Shown here: piece by piece, positions 31,301-41,604 of the stretch
Layout: each line of letters opens with the position of its first letter
Position numbering within the stretch: position 1 is the first letter of the stretch
The notes under the pieces: model-generated
What the model was told of the DNA's origin: nothing
The model's input: only the letters and a program-made list of their open reading frames with translations
Database searches by the model: none
Program-made: the position numbers and the translations under genes
DNA from: Verrucomicrobiota bacterium
GTDB lineage: Bacteria > Verrucomicrobiota > Verrucomicrobiia > Limisphaerales > AAA164-E04
Direction of reading: 5' to 3'
Assembly: GCA_047947115.1 (NCBI GenBank)
Contig: CP170459.1
Coordinates: forward strand, 448,001 to 512,000
DNA: 64,000 nt

Positions 31301-34300
31301 TTCAAATCGAGCGGTGGCGGCATTGGTGCTCACTACATCGAACAGGAAGTAATTTTCCACTTCAGCATCATCCGACACCAAGTTATCTCCCACCGTAAAC
31401 TCAATCGACTCTCCATCAGCCAGACGAATGATGTTATAAGGCAAAGTCGTCTCGGTTACCTTGATGGTGTAATCCACATCGGTTTGGTTCGGTTCCGCGT
31501 TGTAAACGCCGATGTAGTAGGATCCTGGCAGGATGTTGGCCGGAGGCCGGTTCGTTATCAGGATCTGGTCAATCTGCAGACCGGGCAACTCTGAATGCTG
31601 GTCAAATACCCTGATCGTTGGCAATGGCAGGCCGTGCTTCTCAACCATGTTCACATCCCCGTTAAGAGGCTCCAGTTCGAAATTGAGTTGAGCAACATTT
31701 GATCCGGCGGGGTAACGATAGTACTGCATCTCCAGATCATCAGTGAAAGGAATCTGATTCGTGAACGCTATCATGTTTGTCAGCGTGATCACCTGGATAT
31801 CATCGGCGTCAAACTGCAAACAAAGCTCGTATTCCTGCAAAGTATCGGAATGATTGTTGGCAACGGCCAGATAGTAACGCTGCCCTGGCTGCAACACCGG
31901 TTCCGGCAAGGTGCCTAATTGATTGGTTGCAGGGTCAAAGAAAGTCATCCCTTCCAGAGAAATCACCATTCCTTCTCCGTCACCATCACCATTGTAATTG
32001 ATGGGCGGGGTTACATCAGGAGGCATTTCACCGGTGGGCACGCCCGCATTGTCGAACCACATCTCAAGGTCTCCTGTTCCGGACAACCAGTTCGTAGCCA
32101 TGGTGGCGACTCGCGGAACTTCCACGACGAAATAATGCACTTCATCCGGTTCCAGCGTGCTCGCAAAACATTGTCCATTTCGCAGGGTTTCAGCCTGCAC
32201 ATTGGTGTTCGCAAGGCTGAGCAGGAGTTGCCAGTCATAAAGTATTGGCTGGGGAGTGATCGCCCCTTCACGCGTGTCACGCACTTCAAGGTGCCAATCA
32301 CCCACTGCCGACTCTCCTTTAAGGGACTCAAGCGGCTCTTCGGGAAAGTAGTATTTGACTGCCGGCGCATAGCTCAATGAGATATCGTCCACAAACATGG
32401 ACGGACGGCCACCGAGAAAAGTCAACTCCAACAGTGTTTCATCATTGGCCGGACGGAAACGCAAAGGTGTATTACGCTGCCATGCCAAAGAACCATCCAC
32501 AATCTGAGCCCTACGCCCATCCAGATAGACACCTCCAACGGGTGACCCTCTGCCAGCAATGGAGCGGGAGGCATAAAAGAGATCATATTTCTGCCCCACG
32601 GGTGTCGGGATGGTCATGGCAATGCGAGAACTGAAAATATCCAGATATCGATTCCCTTCAAAAGAGCCATTCCCACCCAGCACACGGGCCCGACCAAAGA
32701 CGATCTCCCACTCGTTACCATCCGCATCAGCCGGGATGGTTTCGCCTTCCAGATAATTCCCCAGGTCAGCTTGTTCGAATCCGCTGATGGATAGATCGAG
32801 AAAGTTCGCGTTTGTTGTGAACGGTCCCTGAGCATATTTGATCAAGGTATCCGCATCTTCCGGATTGTCACTGAACCCGCCGTAAACCAGTTCATTCCCG
32901 ATCCCGGAACCCAAGCCGGTTTCATTGTTGCGCCCGCGATGTTCCATCAATAACAGCCTGGTTCCTTGTGGACTGACCAGGTGCAGGCTCAAATCAGACA
33001 ATCTTGGGTGATCCAACCGAATCCCTACTTTGGCCTCCGAGATAGGACGGTCATCAGGCACATACACCAGTGAATCCGTCAAAGCGAAATCAGTAATCGG
33101 AACTTCCTTCTCACCCGCGAAAAATGGTTGCTCGGCGTCAATCACCAAGTTGCGCTCCAACTCATAAGTCAACCGAAAATCCACCGGCCCCGGATTCGGA
33201 TTGTAGATTCCAATAAAATAGCGTCCGGCATTCAATGGCGGTATATCCCGTGTGGTGATTGTCGTCGAAATAATCTGATCCCCGGCCAATCCCAAGGTAC
33301 GTTTGTCATAGAGTGTTTGTGTCGGCAATTCTTCGTGTCGCAGGTAGAGATCAAGTGGAAGATCAAACTCAGTTAAATTGGCAGTCAATGCACTCGCGTC
33401 CGCCGGGACTTCCACAAAGAAGTAAACAAACGACTCACCTTGCACGGTACTCACCACACCACTGTCATCCAGCAACTGATTCGGCGTTGCCACCACATTA
33501 AAGGCGGTCAAAGTCCCGGTGTGACCAAAACTGTTATCCACCATCGTCATCAACCAGACCCCCACTCCGTTCTCACCAATGAAATTGATCAGATTCCCTG
33601 GCCCGTCAGAAGGAATCGAGTTGGGGTAAAATCCAAAGTCATCATAGACCTCATTCAAGAATGTCGGACTTCCTTGCGGGCTGAAAAGCGTGTGATTATT
33701 CAACACAGCCGATATTCCGTTGTGCGTGATGCTGCCCAGCAAATCACCAATATTTTGGTGCGAGATGGTTTCTTCAACAACAACGCTTTGCACGGCCAAT
33801 CCATTGAGCGGATTACCAATCGCGATGCCCAAGCCGGCCCCCGGACTCGCCGGCGTTCCATCGGGAATGATCCCCTGGTTCAACGGTATCCCCCTGAACA
33901 CCCGGTTACCATTGGCATCCGTAAAATCAAATGGCTCCTCTTGTGACAACCCGACAAAGGCGTATTGCCCCCCTTGATGGTCCTCCGATTTCACGCCGAC
34001 ATAATACACGACATCATCACCCAGAGGTTGGTTCTCCAATAGCACCACTTCAGTACCGCCCTGGTTCAGCGATTTGCTGGCCCCTGCAATGGCTCCCGGA
34101 TTCAAGTCCAGCAGTCCGGCATCCCTGGACACAAACAAATCAATGTCTGCTTCCGATGTCCTGGGTCGTGACAAGTTGGGTGGCAGAAAGGTGACGAAGG
34201 CCACGTTCGGACCATTGGTAAACCCAACGTCATTGGTCGACGGGAGCGAATTGGTGAACATGTAGAACTGCCATTGCCCCACCAGACCATTCGTCGTCCC

Positions 34301-37300
34301 CAACAATGGACTGTTGGCACCAACCCGATCTTCGAGTCGTGGGATACCATTGGTAATGGAGATCACCGGAGGCAACGTTGATGCCAATGGGGTCTCGGCT
34401 TCTTCGATTTCAAATGGCGCTTCCAAATCAGAGTCATCGCCACTGCTGATCACCAGAGCAAAGTCCTGAACAACACCATCCGGGTGATCGAACACGGTAT
34501 TCACGTTCACCCGACGACCGATCACCGAGACCACGTAATTCGTGGAAAGCGGACCATTGATGTAAACGTTTTCCACGTTATTGACGATATCCGCCTGACT
34601 GACCAAGTTGGTGGCGGTCGAAGTGGAGTTGGTCGTGGACAAACGTGTAAACCGTGTGGACTGAGCAAAATCGTTCCCGAAATAAACATCTCCAGATACC
34701 GTGTTGGAAACCACCAAATCAAGATCGTTGACCAATTTGATACCGGCAGCGGGATTCCCCGGAGGATCGGTCCAGACCAATGTCACCCGCATCGGAAACG
34801 CGCGGGCTCCGTTGGTGGATACATTCAAATCCCATGACCGCACATCACCGGTTGCCAAAGCCAGGTCCGGATCCTGATCAAAGAATTGAACCGAAGATGA
34901 TTTGTTGTCGGTTTCCTCCAGAAATCGACTTGGCAAACTGTTGTTAAGATTGGGTAAACCCCATCCCTGATAGTTGATCAGGGGATCAATCTGAAAATCA
35001 TAAACCGTCCCTGAAGACCGTGCGCCATTGATCAACAAAGCCTTCAGCAATGCAGGACTTGGGCTGTGACCATTCTCAGTGAGATGCTGCTGCATCAGCC
35101 CCAGCATACCGGACACCACGGGCGCAGCCATACTTGTGCCTGATTCCATTCGGTAGTGAGGCTCTAATCCGTCATTTAACTCTTTCAACCCGGCAAAGTA
35201 ACCCTCAGGTTCCTCTTCGGTCATCACGCGGGTTTCCAAATCAAACGCCACGGTTGTCTCGGATTCATTTCCGATACCAAAGTAATAAATGCTCCCGGGG
35301 GTCAACGTGAGAGGCTCTTCCGCATCAGGGGTCAGAGCGATTTCATTATATCCCGCAAAATCATTGGTCGTGGCAAAGCCCGCCTGTGAGACATAGAGCG
35401 GCAGGTCCGGCAACTCGATGGGGACATCTTCATTGGGCACAATCTTCAACTCAACCCGAACCCCGTCGTTGGGAATGAATAAAAGAGTGGGGTAAATGTC
35501 CCCTGGATTAACCGAAATAGCAACACGAGTGCTCAAATTGGTAGAGAATAGCTGACCGGGACTTTCCCAATCTTTCGATCGTGTCGAAACAACAAAGGTC
35601 CCTGGAGCTACCACGTCGGGTTTGAAACGACCGCCTTCCCCTTCGATCCCAATGCCAACATTTCCTCGGGAAGAAAAGGACGCCACTTCAGTAGCCGAAT
35701 CGGTATCCGGCAAAAATACTTTCTCCATCACCGGAATCTGGTTTGTTTCCACAATGCCGGTTTCGTTGGTGACCACCTGATCCACATACCCTGAGATGAC
35801 CTCATTGGTGATATACCTCAAATGTTCAACCGCTCCGACGGTGATCACGTTTTTGGCGGTGGCAGGAGATTCAATACTTCCGGAAGAACCCCCGGTGCCG
35901 TCACGCTCCCCATTACCGGCATTTCCGGCGGCGAATACATACACCATGGATTGATCGCCTTCCTCCAACGGAAGGGCATCACGCACGGCAGCATCGTAAC
36001 TCGCCGCTGCCAAACCGTATTCCTGTGAATCCGGGTAACGCCAACTGTTGTTGGAAATCATGGCATTCGTCATGCCCCGGGTGATGTAATTGAATGTGGC
36101 TGCCTCGGTCTGGAGTATTTCATCCGATTCCAACGGCCCGCTGATCAAATCGACTCTCAAAGAAAACAATTCCGACTCGGGTGCCATGCCGTGAAAATTG
36201 GCATTGGTGGCGGAGTTGATGATATTGGTTACCACAGGCGAGTTTTCCCCTGAACTGGCGATGATACCCGCCACATGCGTGCCGTGCCCGTTCGGATCGG
36301 TGTGAGCGCTGAAAGCAATCGATGCCACCAAAGGAGCATTCGGATCCGGCACCGCAGGCGGACGCAGGCTGGCTGGATTATCAGGGGATATCACGCGACC
36401 GGTCAGGTCGGGATGCGTCCCATCGATACCGGTGTCGTTCACATTGATGATCACCCCTTTTCCGGTCAAGCCGTGGTGGTTGTCGTTGGTGATGTTCGTG
36501 GCGTCGGTGTCCACTCCAACGCGCACGCGAGCCAAGTCTGTGGCGAATGCACGCGGATACCATGGTTCCACCCACTGCACCAGATCCATTACAGCAAGAG
36601 GCACGAGACTGTCCGGAGTGGTTCCAACCACATACTGATCACCGAAAGGAGAGGAAGATTTGGAAATAACAGGAACCTGTAGATCCTGCAGAACCTCCAG
36701 CGCCGCATCGGATTCATCCGGAAAAACGGTCAGGCTGAGCATGGTTCCCGGTTTCAAGGTTTCCTGTTCTTTGGCTGTGGAAATCAACGACTCGCTAATT
36801 TTGAAATAAGGGGCATAAGCTACAACCGCCCGGACACCGCGTGTCCGCTCCAACTCGGCAACCACATCCGGATCCATACGAACCAGCCACGTGTTGTTGG
36901 GAATGTATGACACTTTTGTAGCTTCCAAGTTTTCGAGTAACTCAGGTGATACAACCTGATCAAACGCCTTGTCGGTTTGAACCAGATAACTGCGAGTACG
37001 CGCAGGAGCCTGCAAATGTTCCGGGATGCCCAAAGGGCGCCTTGAACTCGTATCAATCAAGGCATTGTTCAACAAAATAGCATGATCCAACCGAGCCAAT
37101 TCATTCAAACGAACCGCCGTGTTTCGGATGCGATGCGGATGTTGAGGATCTTCCGGAAGCGGCTCCCAATAGCCATTGGTTACTTCAGGATGAGCAGTAT
37201 TCGCATGACGGGTGGTTTGATTCAGCTGGGTCAGCAATCTGGGACCTGCTCCCCCCAGACTTGGGATATGCACGGCTCCACCTTCGGAGTTCAAAGACAA

Positions 37301-37420
37301 ATCCGCTCCCATTAGTGCCAGTTTCCGCTCTCGCGCCAGGTTGCCCCAACGCATATAGCCGGCTCCCAGAACCAACAATATCATTCCAAAAATGACCCAA
37401 GTTTTGGCGCTCAATCGCAT
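28355..37420 (-). CDS. Giant (3021 aa) S8 subtilase with P-domain-like, PPC-like and C-terminal repeat domains
   Basis: N-terminal hydrophobic segment; triad NDTGID, HGTHVAG, SGTSMAAP; AAGN; KPDVVAPG; P-domain-like HPRLSDLSLHLVSPQG; PPC-like repeats. Confidence 0.92.
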   Translation of the reverse strand: MRLSAKTWVIFGMILLVLGAGYMRWGNLARERKLALMGADLSLNSEGGAVHIPSLGGAGPRLLTQLNQTTRHANTAHPEVTNGYWEPLPEDPQHPHRIRNTAVRLNELARLDHAILLNNALIDTSSRRPLGIPEHLQAPARTRSYLVQTDKAFDQVVSPELLENLEATKVSYIPNNTWLVRMDPDVVAELERTRGVRAVVAYAPYFKISESLISTAKEQETLKPGTMLSLTVFPDESDAALEVLQDLQVPVISKSSSPFGDQYVVGTTPDSLVPLAVMDLVQWVEPWYPRAFATDLARVRVGVDTDATNITNDNHHGLTGKGVIINVNDTGIDGTHPDLTGRVISPDNPASLRPPAVPDPNAPLVASIAFSAHTDPNGHGTHVAGIIASSGENSPVVTNIINSATNANFHGMAPESELFSLRVDLISGPLESDEILQTEAATFNYITRGMTNAMISNNSWRYPDSQEYGLAAASYDAAVRDALPLEEGDQSMVYVFAAGNAGNGERDGTGGSSGSIESPATAKNVITVGAVEHLRYITNEVISGYVDQVVTNETGIVETNQIPVMEKVFLPDTDSATEVASFSSRGNVGIGIEGEGGRFKPDVVAPGTFVVSTRSKDWESPGQLFSTNLSTRVAISVNPGDIYPTLLFIPNDGVRVELKIVPNEDVPIELPDLPLYVSQAGFATTNDFAGYNEIALTPDAEEPLTLTPGSIYYFGIGNESETTVAFDLETRVMTEEEPEGYFAGLKELNDGLEPHYRMESGTSMAAPVVSGMLGLMQQHLTENGHSPSPALLKALLINGARSSGTVYDFQIDPLINYQGWGLPNLNNSLPSRFLEETDNKSSSVQFFDQDPDLALATGDVRSWDLNVSTNGARAFPMRVTLVWTDPPGNPAAGIKLVNDLDLVVSNTVSGDVYFGNDFAQSTRFTRLSTTNSTSTATNLVSQADIVNNVENVYINGPLSTNYVVSVIGRRVNVNTVFDHPDGVVQDFALVISSGDDSDLEAPFEIEEAETPLASTLPPVISITNGIPRLEDRVGANSPLLGTTNGLVGQWQFYMFTNSLPSTNDVGFTNGPNVAFVTFLPPNLSRPRTSEADIDLFVSRDAGLLDLNPGAIAGASKSLNQGGTEVVLLENQPLGDDVVYYVGVKSEDHQGGQYAFVGLSQEEPFDFTDANGNRVFRGIPLNQGIIPDGTPASPGAGLGIAIGNPLNGLAVQSVVVEETISHQNIGDLLGSITHNGISAVLNNHTLFSPQGSPTFLNEVYDDFGFYPNSIPSDGPGNLINFIGENGVGVWLMTMVDNSFGHTGTLTAFNVVATPNQLLDDSGVVSTVQGESFVYFFVEVPADASALTANLTEFDLPLDLYLRHEELPTQTLYDKRTLGLAGDQIISTTITTRDIPPLNAGRYFIGIYNPNPGPVDFRLTYELERNLVIDAEQPFFAGEKEVPITDFALTDSLVYVPDDRPISEAKVGIRLDHPRLSDLSLHLVSPQGTRLLLMEHRGRNNETGLGSGIGNELVYGGFSDNPEDADTLIKYAQGPFTTNANFLDLSISGFEQADLGNYLEGETIPADADGNEWEIVFGRARVLGGNGSFEGNRYLDIFSSRIAMTIPTPVGQKYDLFYASRSIAGRGSPVGGVYLDGRRAQIVDGSLAWQRNTPLRFRPANDETLLELTFLGGRPSMFVDDISLSYAPAVKYYFPEEPLESLKGESAVGDWHLEVRDTREGAITPQPILYDWQLLLSLANTNVQAETLRNGQCFASTLEPDEVHYFVVEVPRVATMATNWLSGTGDLEMWFDNAGVPTGEMPPDVTPPINYNGDGDGEGMVISLEGMTFFDPATNQLGTLPEPVLQPGQRYYLAVANNHSDTLQEYELCLQFDADDIQVITLTNMIAFTNQIPFTDDLEMQYYRYPAGSNVAQLNFELEPLNGDVNMVEKHGLPLPTIRVFDQHSELPGLQIDQILITNRPPANILPGSYYIGVYNAEPNQTDVDYTIKVTETTLPYNIIRLADGESIEFTVGDNLVSDDAEVENYFLFDVVSTNAATARFEILNADGDAQFLLKQEELPTQIDNDRSSTVIGDRPGSGKILVHTNDVLPSVSGRWFMSVLNQRTEDLNFTIRASLEVDAPWVTTLTNQLWMTNTVAIKQDGFPEEMDYYRFVVDPAAEEVEFVVEPIMGGDDANVDLILKKGSIPTLADLDVSSENGGSEIERITLDASSAIPVSGGEWFMAVVNRETSDEVTYRVRASQAVDFAPIPLENGVWFTNVITGNPPGAPTVPVLYYFDVDQNAVDTTFTLSNLEGGLNGNIDLLVKLDSAPTLSDFDAASVNAGIVDEIVVLTKNSSPALQSGRWYLAVINRGITDVDYRIKAEQQVEIVEDVIEVPSDILFQGNQICVSWESEMGQTYWVEGKVLEADPVWDGLAGPIVATDILSEQCFDFPIEHQIFRVVIRTKQEPPEPPVFYIDPVVALKGNQICLSWDATVGQRYSIQGRTSLTDVDWTEIEQALAAMEVMEYCIDVNTPFRYFRIEPVDGPVPPVPTTIDPVLALVDNQLCLTWVSEVNRNYTVQGKQTLSAGDWDDVASVLAAAESTVYCVVIDTPYQYFRIIAGEQGEPPALGPFVDVALRLAGGQICLDWVSEAGRSYQIEGVVSLDASDWTVIETVTADTGATSYCIDLPSEYRFLRVRAGDGSEPPPVDGDVFIDAVLSLVDDQICLEWSSQAGDVFTIEARSGLLDVAWEEVEQVVAVGETTRFCADLPTVYRFFRVRVGGVVTPPDNQEVVGFIDPTLALDNTGQLCLGWSSTPGSAYVVQGVEVLGSSDWKDIERVTADQVDTRYCLGLPTVYRSFRIAELADSPDPGLEPEPSVSSYIDPVLAVSDNQICLTWQPLEGKSYQVQGLFDIQSDQWEVIDSLAASVDSLTHCIALPSSHQFYRIALVDGVVAGDGQGVGGGVIPATIDSVTLENGQVKVKWTGVSGMAYRVSFADALGGPWLEIPETVSSGTNSFEFSDDGSLTGGLQSPRFYRVDQLPTP
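28358..30310 (-). repeat. Eight ~80-aa protein-level repeats (seven with a Cys pair, terminal one Cys-free)
   Basis: Consensus IDPxLxLxxxQICLxW..GxxYxVxG..L..W..C..YxxFRI with Pro-rich linkers. Confidence 0.85.
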
Positions 37421-37491
37421 ATCAATTCAAAATCCAATAATTCCTGTCTCCACGGCGGGCTCGTCTGTTGCTCATTCTCCCTTCAACCCCA

Positions 37492-40400
37492 TCAATCAAA
37501 TGGCAACACGGTTTCACTTTCCACAGTGGCCTGTAAGTTGGTGATGGCCCCGTCAAAACGCACCACGCGCCGGAACAGGTACTCACCCGTCACCTGATAA
37601 TTGGTGCAGATATTAAACAATCTCGGCGGCTCCGGATCCGCGCGCAACGACTCGTTCGCCGGTCGCAACGACTGTCCATAAGCATAAATGGTCACACGAG
37701 GTTCATCGGCCTTAAGCAACGAAAGAACCTGCTGCGGAATGCGTTCATAAGCAAAGTCGTCTATCCCGCTCTGATACTGTATTTCGTCTCCCCAAGCCAA
37801 GTAGGGAGACTGCAATGTGAGTGCCGGGGCGGAAAGCACCTGTCCAAGATACTGGAATCTGCCGTTCGGGAAGTACTGCCGCACTCCATTGATTCCCGTG
37901 GGACCATTTACCATCTGCGTCATGGGTGAAGGCAGGTTCTGATTCTCGGGTAAGCCGTTCAAGCCGGCCGGTTCGATTGTCCTGGTTCGATACTGAGGTG
38001 ACTGCACCCCATCTAGATCCCGATTCATCACCGCAATGCTCGACATGTTGGTCTGAACAATCACACCAGACAACACTGCCGACCATGCAGACAAACCGGT
38101 CTGATTCACCGACAACAGTCCACGCGCCGCATTGTCATCCAATGCAGTGGTGAATTGTTCCAAAATCTTCCAGTCATTGGTGGGATGGGTTCCAACACTT
38201 CCCGACCACCGTAACCAATTACGCTGGGCGATTTCCATGACGTTCAAACGAGACCCATCCTGTTGCGGACTGATCGCATTGGCTTCAAATCCATTGTTGG
38301 GATCGCCGTGCAAGGTCTGGAAAGGATACCCTTCGGCCAAAGGCGAACTGAGCTGCGGCATATCTGTCACATGCAGCAAGCGTCCAGCGCCATCCGAACC
38401 TACCGCAGATTTCAAGTAAACAGTCTGCCACGGCGTGCCTCGATGCACACGCCCCAGCCACCCGATGTTGGGGTAGCGGTTGGTTGGAAATTGCCAGTCG
38501 TCGGAACTGCGGATCATCGGATCTTTCAATGAAACGTCATACTCCGAAACATCCGACCCCGGCCCGCTTGGCCATGGACGATATCTGGCGTTCACCAAAC
38601 CTATGTTATGAATGCGTCCATCCAAGGGGCGATCCGGCGGATCGACGAGTTCGCGCCGGCTCGAGCGGCCTTCCATATCAGTCAGGTCCGCCTTGGTATA
38701 GTGCACCAGCGGATCATTCGCCTGCCAGGTGGTGTAAATGATTTTCTTAAGCGAAGGCGTGAATGGCACCTGTCGTACGAAACTCTTGCGCGGGTCATTC
38801 AAACGCTGATAACCGATCGCCAATTGTTGAGCGGTCAGGTACTTGGGAGGGAACCCGATGAAGGTTCTGAATAAATCAATCGATTCTTCCCTGTCACGCC
38901 CGGTGCCGCGCGCCCGGAAACTGTTCCATAACCTCTGCGATACGGGGATTTCATCCAGCGAAGTGAAAATCTGGTTGATCACACCTTCAGTCGGAGCTGT
39001 GATCAGGGTTGAATTGCCCAGTCGGTTCGTCACCCAGAACATTCTGGAATCGCCCGTCGAAGAAGATGCCACCGGTCCGGCGGTCCCCGCTCCATACGCT
39101 CCCAACAATTCCTGGGTCACATCCAGGCGAGTGGTCAAATTGTCCAAATTGACGAAATCAAGGATGCGCTGGGTATCCTCATCAAGCATGAAACATTGCA
39201 CGCGATTGGTCATCGCCAACCCGATCTGAGGGCTGGGAAAAATGCCTCGATCAGGGAACAAGGTCTGAGGCAAGAAGGAAGCCTCCACCAATCGTCCGCT
39301 TGCATGATCATACACGCTGTTGGTCAAGGTGATGAATGTTTGTTGCATGGGAACTACAAACTCCTGACCTTGCCATTCATTGGCTGTCATTAAGCGTTCA
39401 TTCGACGGATTATACCAATTGGACCGAAGCAACATACCACGCCTGTTGGTTACAACGAGACTGGATTGAACCTGTGCCTGCATTCGAATTGCCCGGGGGT
39501 AGTTGGAACGGTAGGAATTCCAAGTTTCCAATCCATACATATTTGAAATCCCCATGACAATCATCTGGTTCGTCTGCCATTGATTCATCGGTGCGTTCGG
39601 GGCCGTCTTGTTGATCTCCAACTTACGGGTCATTTCCAATGTGGTCAGCACGCCGTACTCGTTGAAGTTGGGCAATCCCTTTTTGGCGGAAATGACCCAG
39701 GGAATACCAATCACGTTGTCATCAGGATTCAACGCATCGCGCTGCGCCTTGAACCTCAAATCACGGAAGGGCTTGTTCAATTGAACAGGCGCATCATTGG
39801 TCACTTCGATATAATCGAAGATCGTCACCGTGTCATTGTCGTCAACGTTGAAACGGGGACGAAACACCAATGGCAAATGTTCCTGATTACCACCGGCAAA
39901 TGTGGCCAAAGGTCGATTGGTCACAGTGACGGGATCCGTCAGGTTGGCGGCCAGTTGAAGGAGTTGATGCAGGTTCGCGGAGTATTCATTCACACCCGGT
40001 GCCTTTTCAGGCCAAATCTGAATGTTGGTAACCGAAAAATCCCGATCCACGTAGGTGTCGCCCAACAAATGAAAATTCGTACCCGGTGCTGTATATTGCT
40101 GACCTACTTCATTCAAATAGGTAAAGGCCGGAGGATTGGTCGCCATGTTCGCCATCAGCAGGCGATTTGCAGAAAGCATGAACATGTCCCGGGCGCTCCA
40201 ATTGACATAGTTGGTCTGATGATTGGAAAAGTTATCGTAGTTGAGGTGAAGCTTGTTGGTGCGCACTTCTTCAAGACGAGGCACGTTGTCCTGAATAGCT
40301 AAACGATAGGATCGGGCGGTGGTATCAGAAATCGATTCGGTGCCCAACTGAGATATCAGACGGTAGTAGGTGTAGCGATCGTAAGTGGAAGTCTGCGCCA

Positions 40401-41604
40401 GACTCGGAATCCTGCCCACACGGTCCGATACGCTGTCATTCGACGCAGGCACACCATCGGCGTTAGGAATCTTGACACCGTTGAACAACTCCTGAACATC
40501 ATAGAAAGCCCTCCGGTATTCGCTCCCCCACCAAATCTGGTTACCAGTATCCGCAAGGTCACTCGCCAGCCACGGGGTATCCAACAAATAAGGACCGTTC
40601 GCAAACAGATCGACAAAATCCTGCTGCAATTGAACGTTGCTGGGATTGGCAATCACATTCAGAGGAGCCAAAGCACGGTCGGCACGACGATAGTTCAGCA
40701 ACGAGAATGCATCTCTAAAGGAATTCCCGATGTTTTCGGCATTGTTGCCCGGTCCTGCGTATTGATATTGGGTCCAGATCCTGGGGTTCAAATCACGTAA
40801 GAACGCACCCAAATTAATTTCCCATGGTCCGATTCCTTGATTTCGAACGAAAAAATCCTGAGTGTTGCTGGTCTGCTTGATTTGATTGTGGATGGTATTC
40901 AGGTCCAAGGTGCGGCCTTCGGGGACAATAATATAAGCAAAACGTCCGACAAATCGATTGGTCGCAGAATGGGGCTGATTCGGATATTCCAGCAGCCCGA
41001 TCCACTGGGGATCGCCTACATACCGTGTCCAAACATTCTCACCAGTTTCAGTATCCTGCAAAGGACGATTATTTTCATCCAGCACCGGCAGCAAACCGGA
41101 CGGCTCAAATCGCCCATTTCTGTTAAAGTCCAAGTAATACCTGAAATCGATTTGACGCTCAAACTGCCTCGATTGCTGATTGTATTCGGTTTCTTCAATG
41201 TAAACCGGAGGACGAGAATCGTAGAATTGATTACCTATGTTGACGGACTGATTATAAGGATCGGGGATAGGATTCCCATTAGGCAGAAAATAATTCGCGT
41301 TGCCCGGATCATAATTGAAATTGGAATTATCATACCCGTCCGGGTTGAAAAAGTTGGTCGAAACCACGTAATCAAAATCAAAGCGGTTCGAAGAACTCAA
41401 GATACGCCCTACCACCTCGGACTGGGCACGGGCCATGCCAGCCTCGGCAGACAGCTTTGCGTTGATGTGATCTGTGGTCACAGTCACGGTCGCACGTTCA
41501 CGGCGGCTAACGCCGAGGAAAACAATCGCCATCAGCGTCACCACCGACAGCATGATCAGGGTGATGACCAGAACGACACCTTGCTCTTTTGTTCTCAACT
41601 TCAT
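37492..41604 (-). CDS. Large PilX/GspK-like protein (Verru_Chthon A-like), 1370 aa
   Basis: KEQG|VVLVITLIML prepilin-like start lacking Glu5; TAATG coupling to the upstream gene. Confidence 0.8.
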   Translation of the reverse strand: MKLRTKEQGVVLVITLIMLSVVTLMAIVFLGVSRRERATVTVTTDHINAKLSAEAGMARAQSEVVGRILSSSNRFDFDYVVSTNFFNPDGYDNSNFNYDPGNANYFLPNGNPIPDPYNQSVNIGNQFYDSRPPVYIEETEYNQQSRQFERQIDFRYYLDFNRNGRFEPSGLLPVLDENNRPLQDTETGENVWTRYVGDPQWIGLLEYPNQPHSATNRFVGRFAYIIVPEGRTLDLNTIHNQIKQTSNTQDFFVRNQGIGPWEINLGAFLRDLNPRIWTQYQYAGPGNNAENIGNSFRDAFSLLNYRRADRALAPLNVIANPSNVQLQQDFVDLFANGPYLLDTPWLASDLADTGNQIWWGSEYRRAFYDVQELFNGVKIPNADGVPASNDSVSDRVGRIPSLAQTSTYDRYTYYRLISQLGTESISDTTARSYRLAIQDNVPRLEEVRTNKLHLNYDNFSNHQTNYVNWSARDMFMLSANRLLMANMATNPPAFTYLNEVGQQYTAPGTNFHLLGDTYVDRDFSVTNIQIWPEKAPGVNEYSANLHQLLQLAANLTDPVTVTNRPLATFAGGNQEHLPLVFRPRFNVDDNDTVTIFDYIEVTNDAPVQLNKPFRDLRFKAQRDALNPDDNVIGIPWVISAKKGLPNFNEYGVLTTLEMTRKLEINKTAPNAPMNQWQTNQMIVMGISNMYGLETWNSYRSNYPRAIRMQAQVQSSLVVTNRRGMLLRSNWYNPSNERLMTANEWQGQEFVVPMQQTFITLTNSVYDHASGRLVEASFLPQTLFPDRGIFPSPQIGLAMTNRVQCFMLDEDTQRILDFVNLDNLTTRLDVTQELLGAYGAGTAGPVASSSTGDSRMFWVTNRLGNSTLITAPTEGVINQIFTSLDEIPVSQRLWNSFRARGTGRDREESIDLFRTFIGFPPKYLTAQQLAIGYQRLNDPRKSFVRQVPFTPSLKKIIYTTWQANDPLVHYTKADLTDMEGRSSRRELVDPPDRPLDGRIHNIGLVNARYRPWPSGPGSDVSEYDVSLKDPMIRSSDDWQFPTNRYPNIGWLGRVHRGTPWQTVYLKSAVGSDGAGRLLHVTDMPQLSSPLAEGYPFQTLHGDPNNGFEANAISPQQDGSRLNVMEIAQRNWLRWSGSVGTHPTNDWKILEQFTTALDDNAARGLLSVNQTGLSAWSAVLSGVIVQTNMSSIAVMNRDLDGVQSPQYRTRTIEPAGLNGLPENQNLPSPMTQMVNGPTGINGVRQYFPNGRFQYLGQVLSAPALTLQSPYLAWGDEIQYQSGIDDFAYERIPQQVLSLLKADEPRVTIYAYGQSLRPANESLRADPEPPRLFNICTNYQVTGEYLFRRVVRFDGAITNLQATVESETVLPFD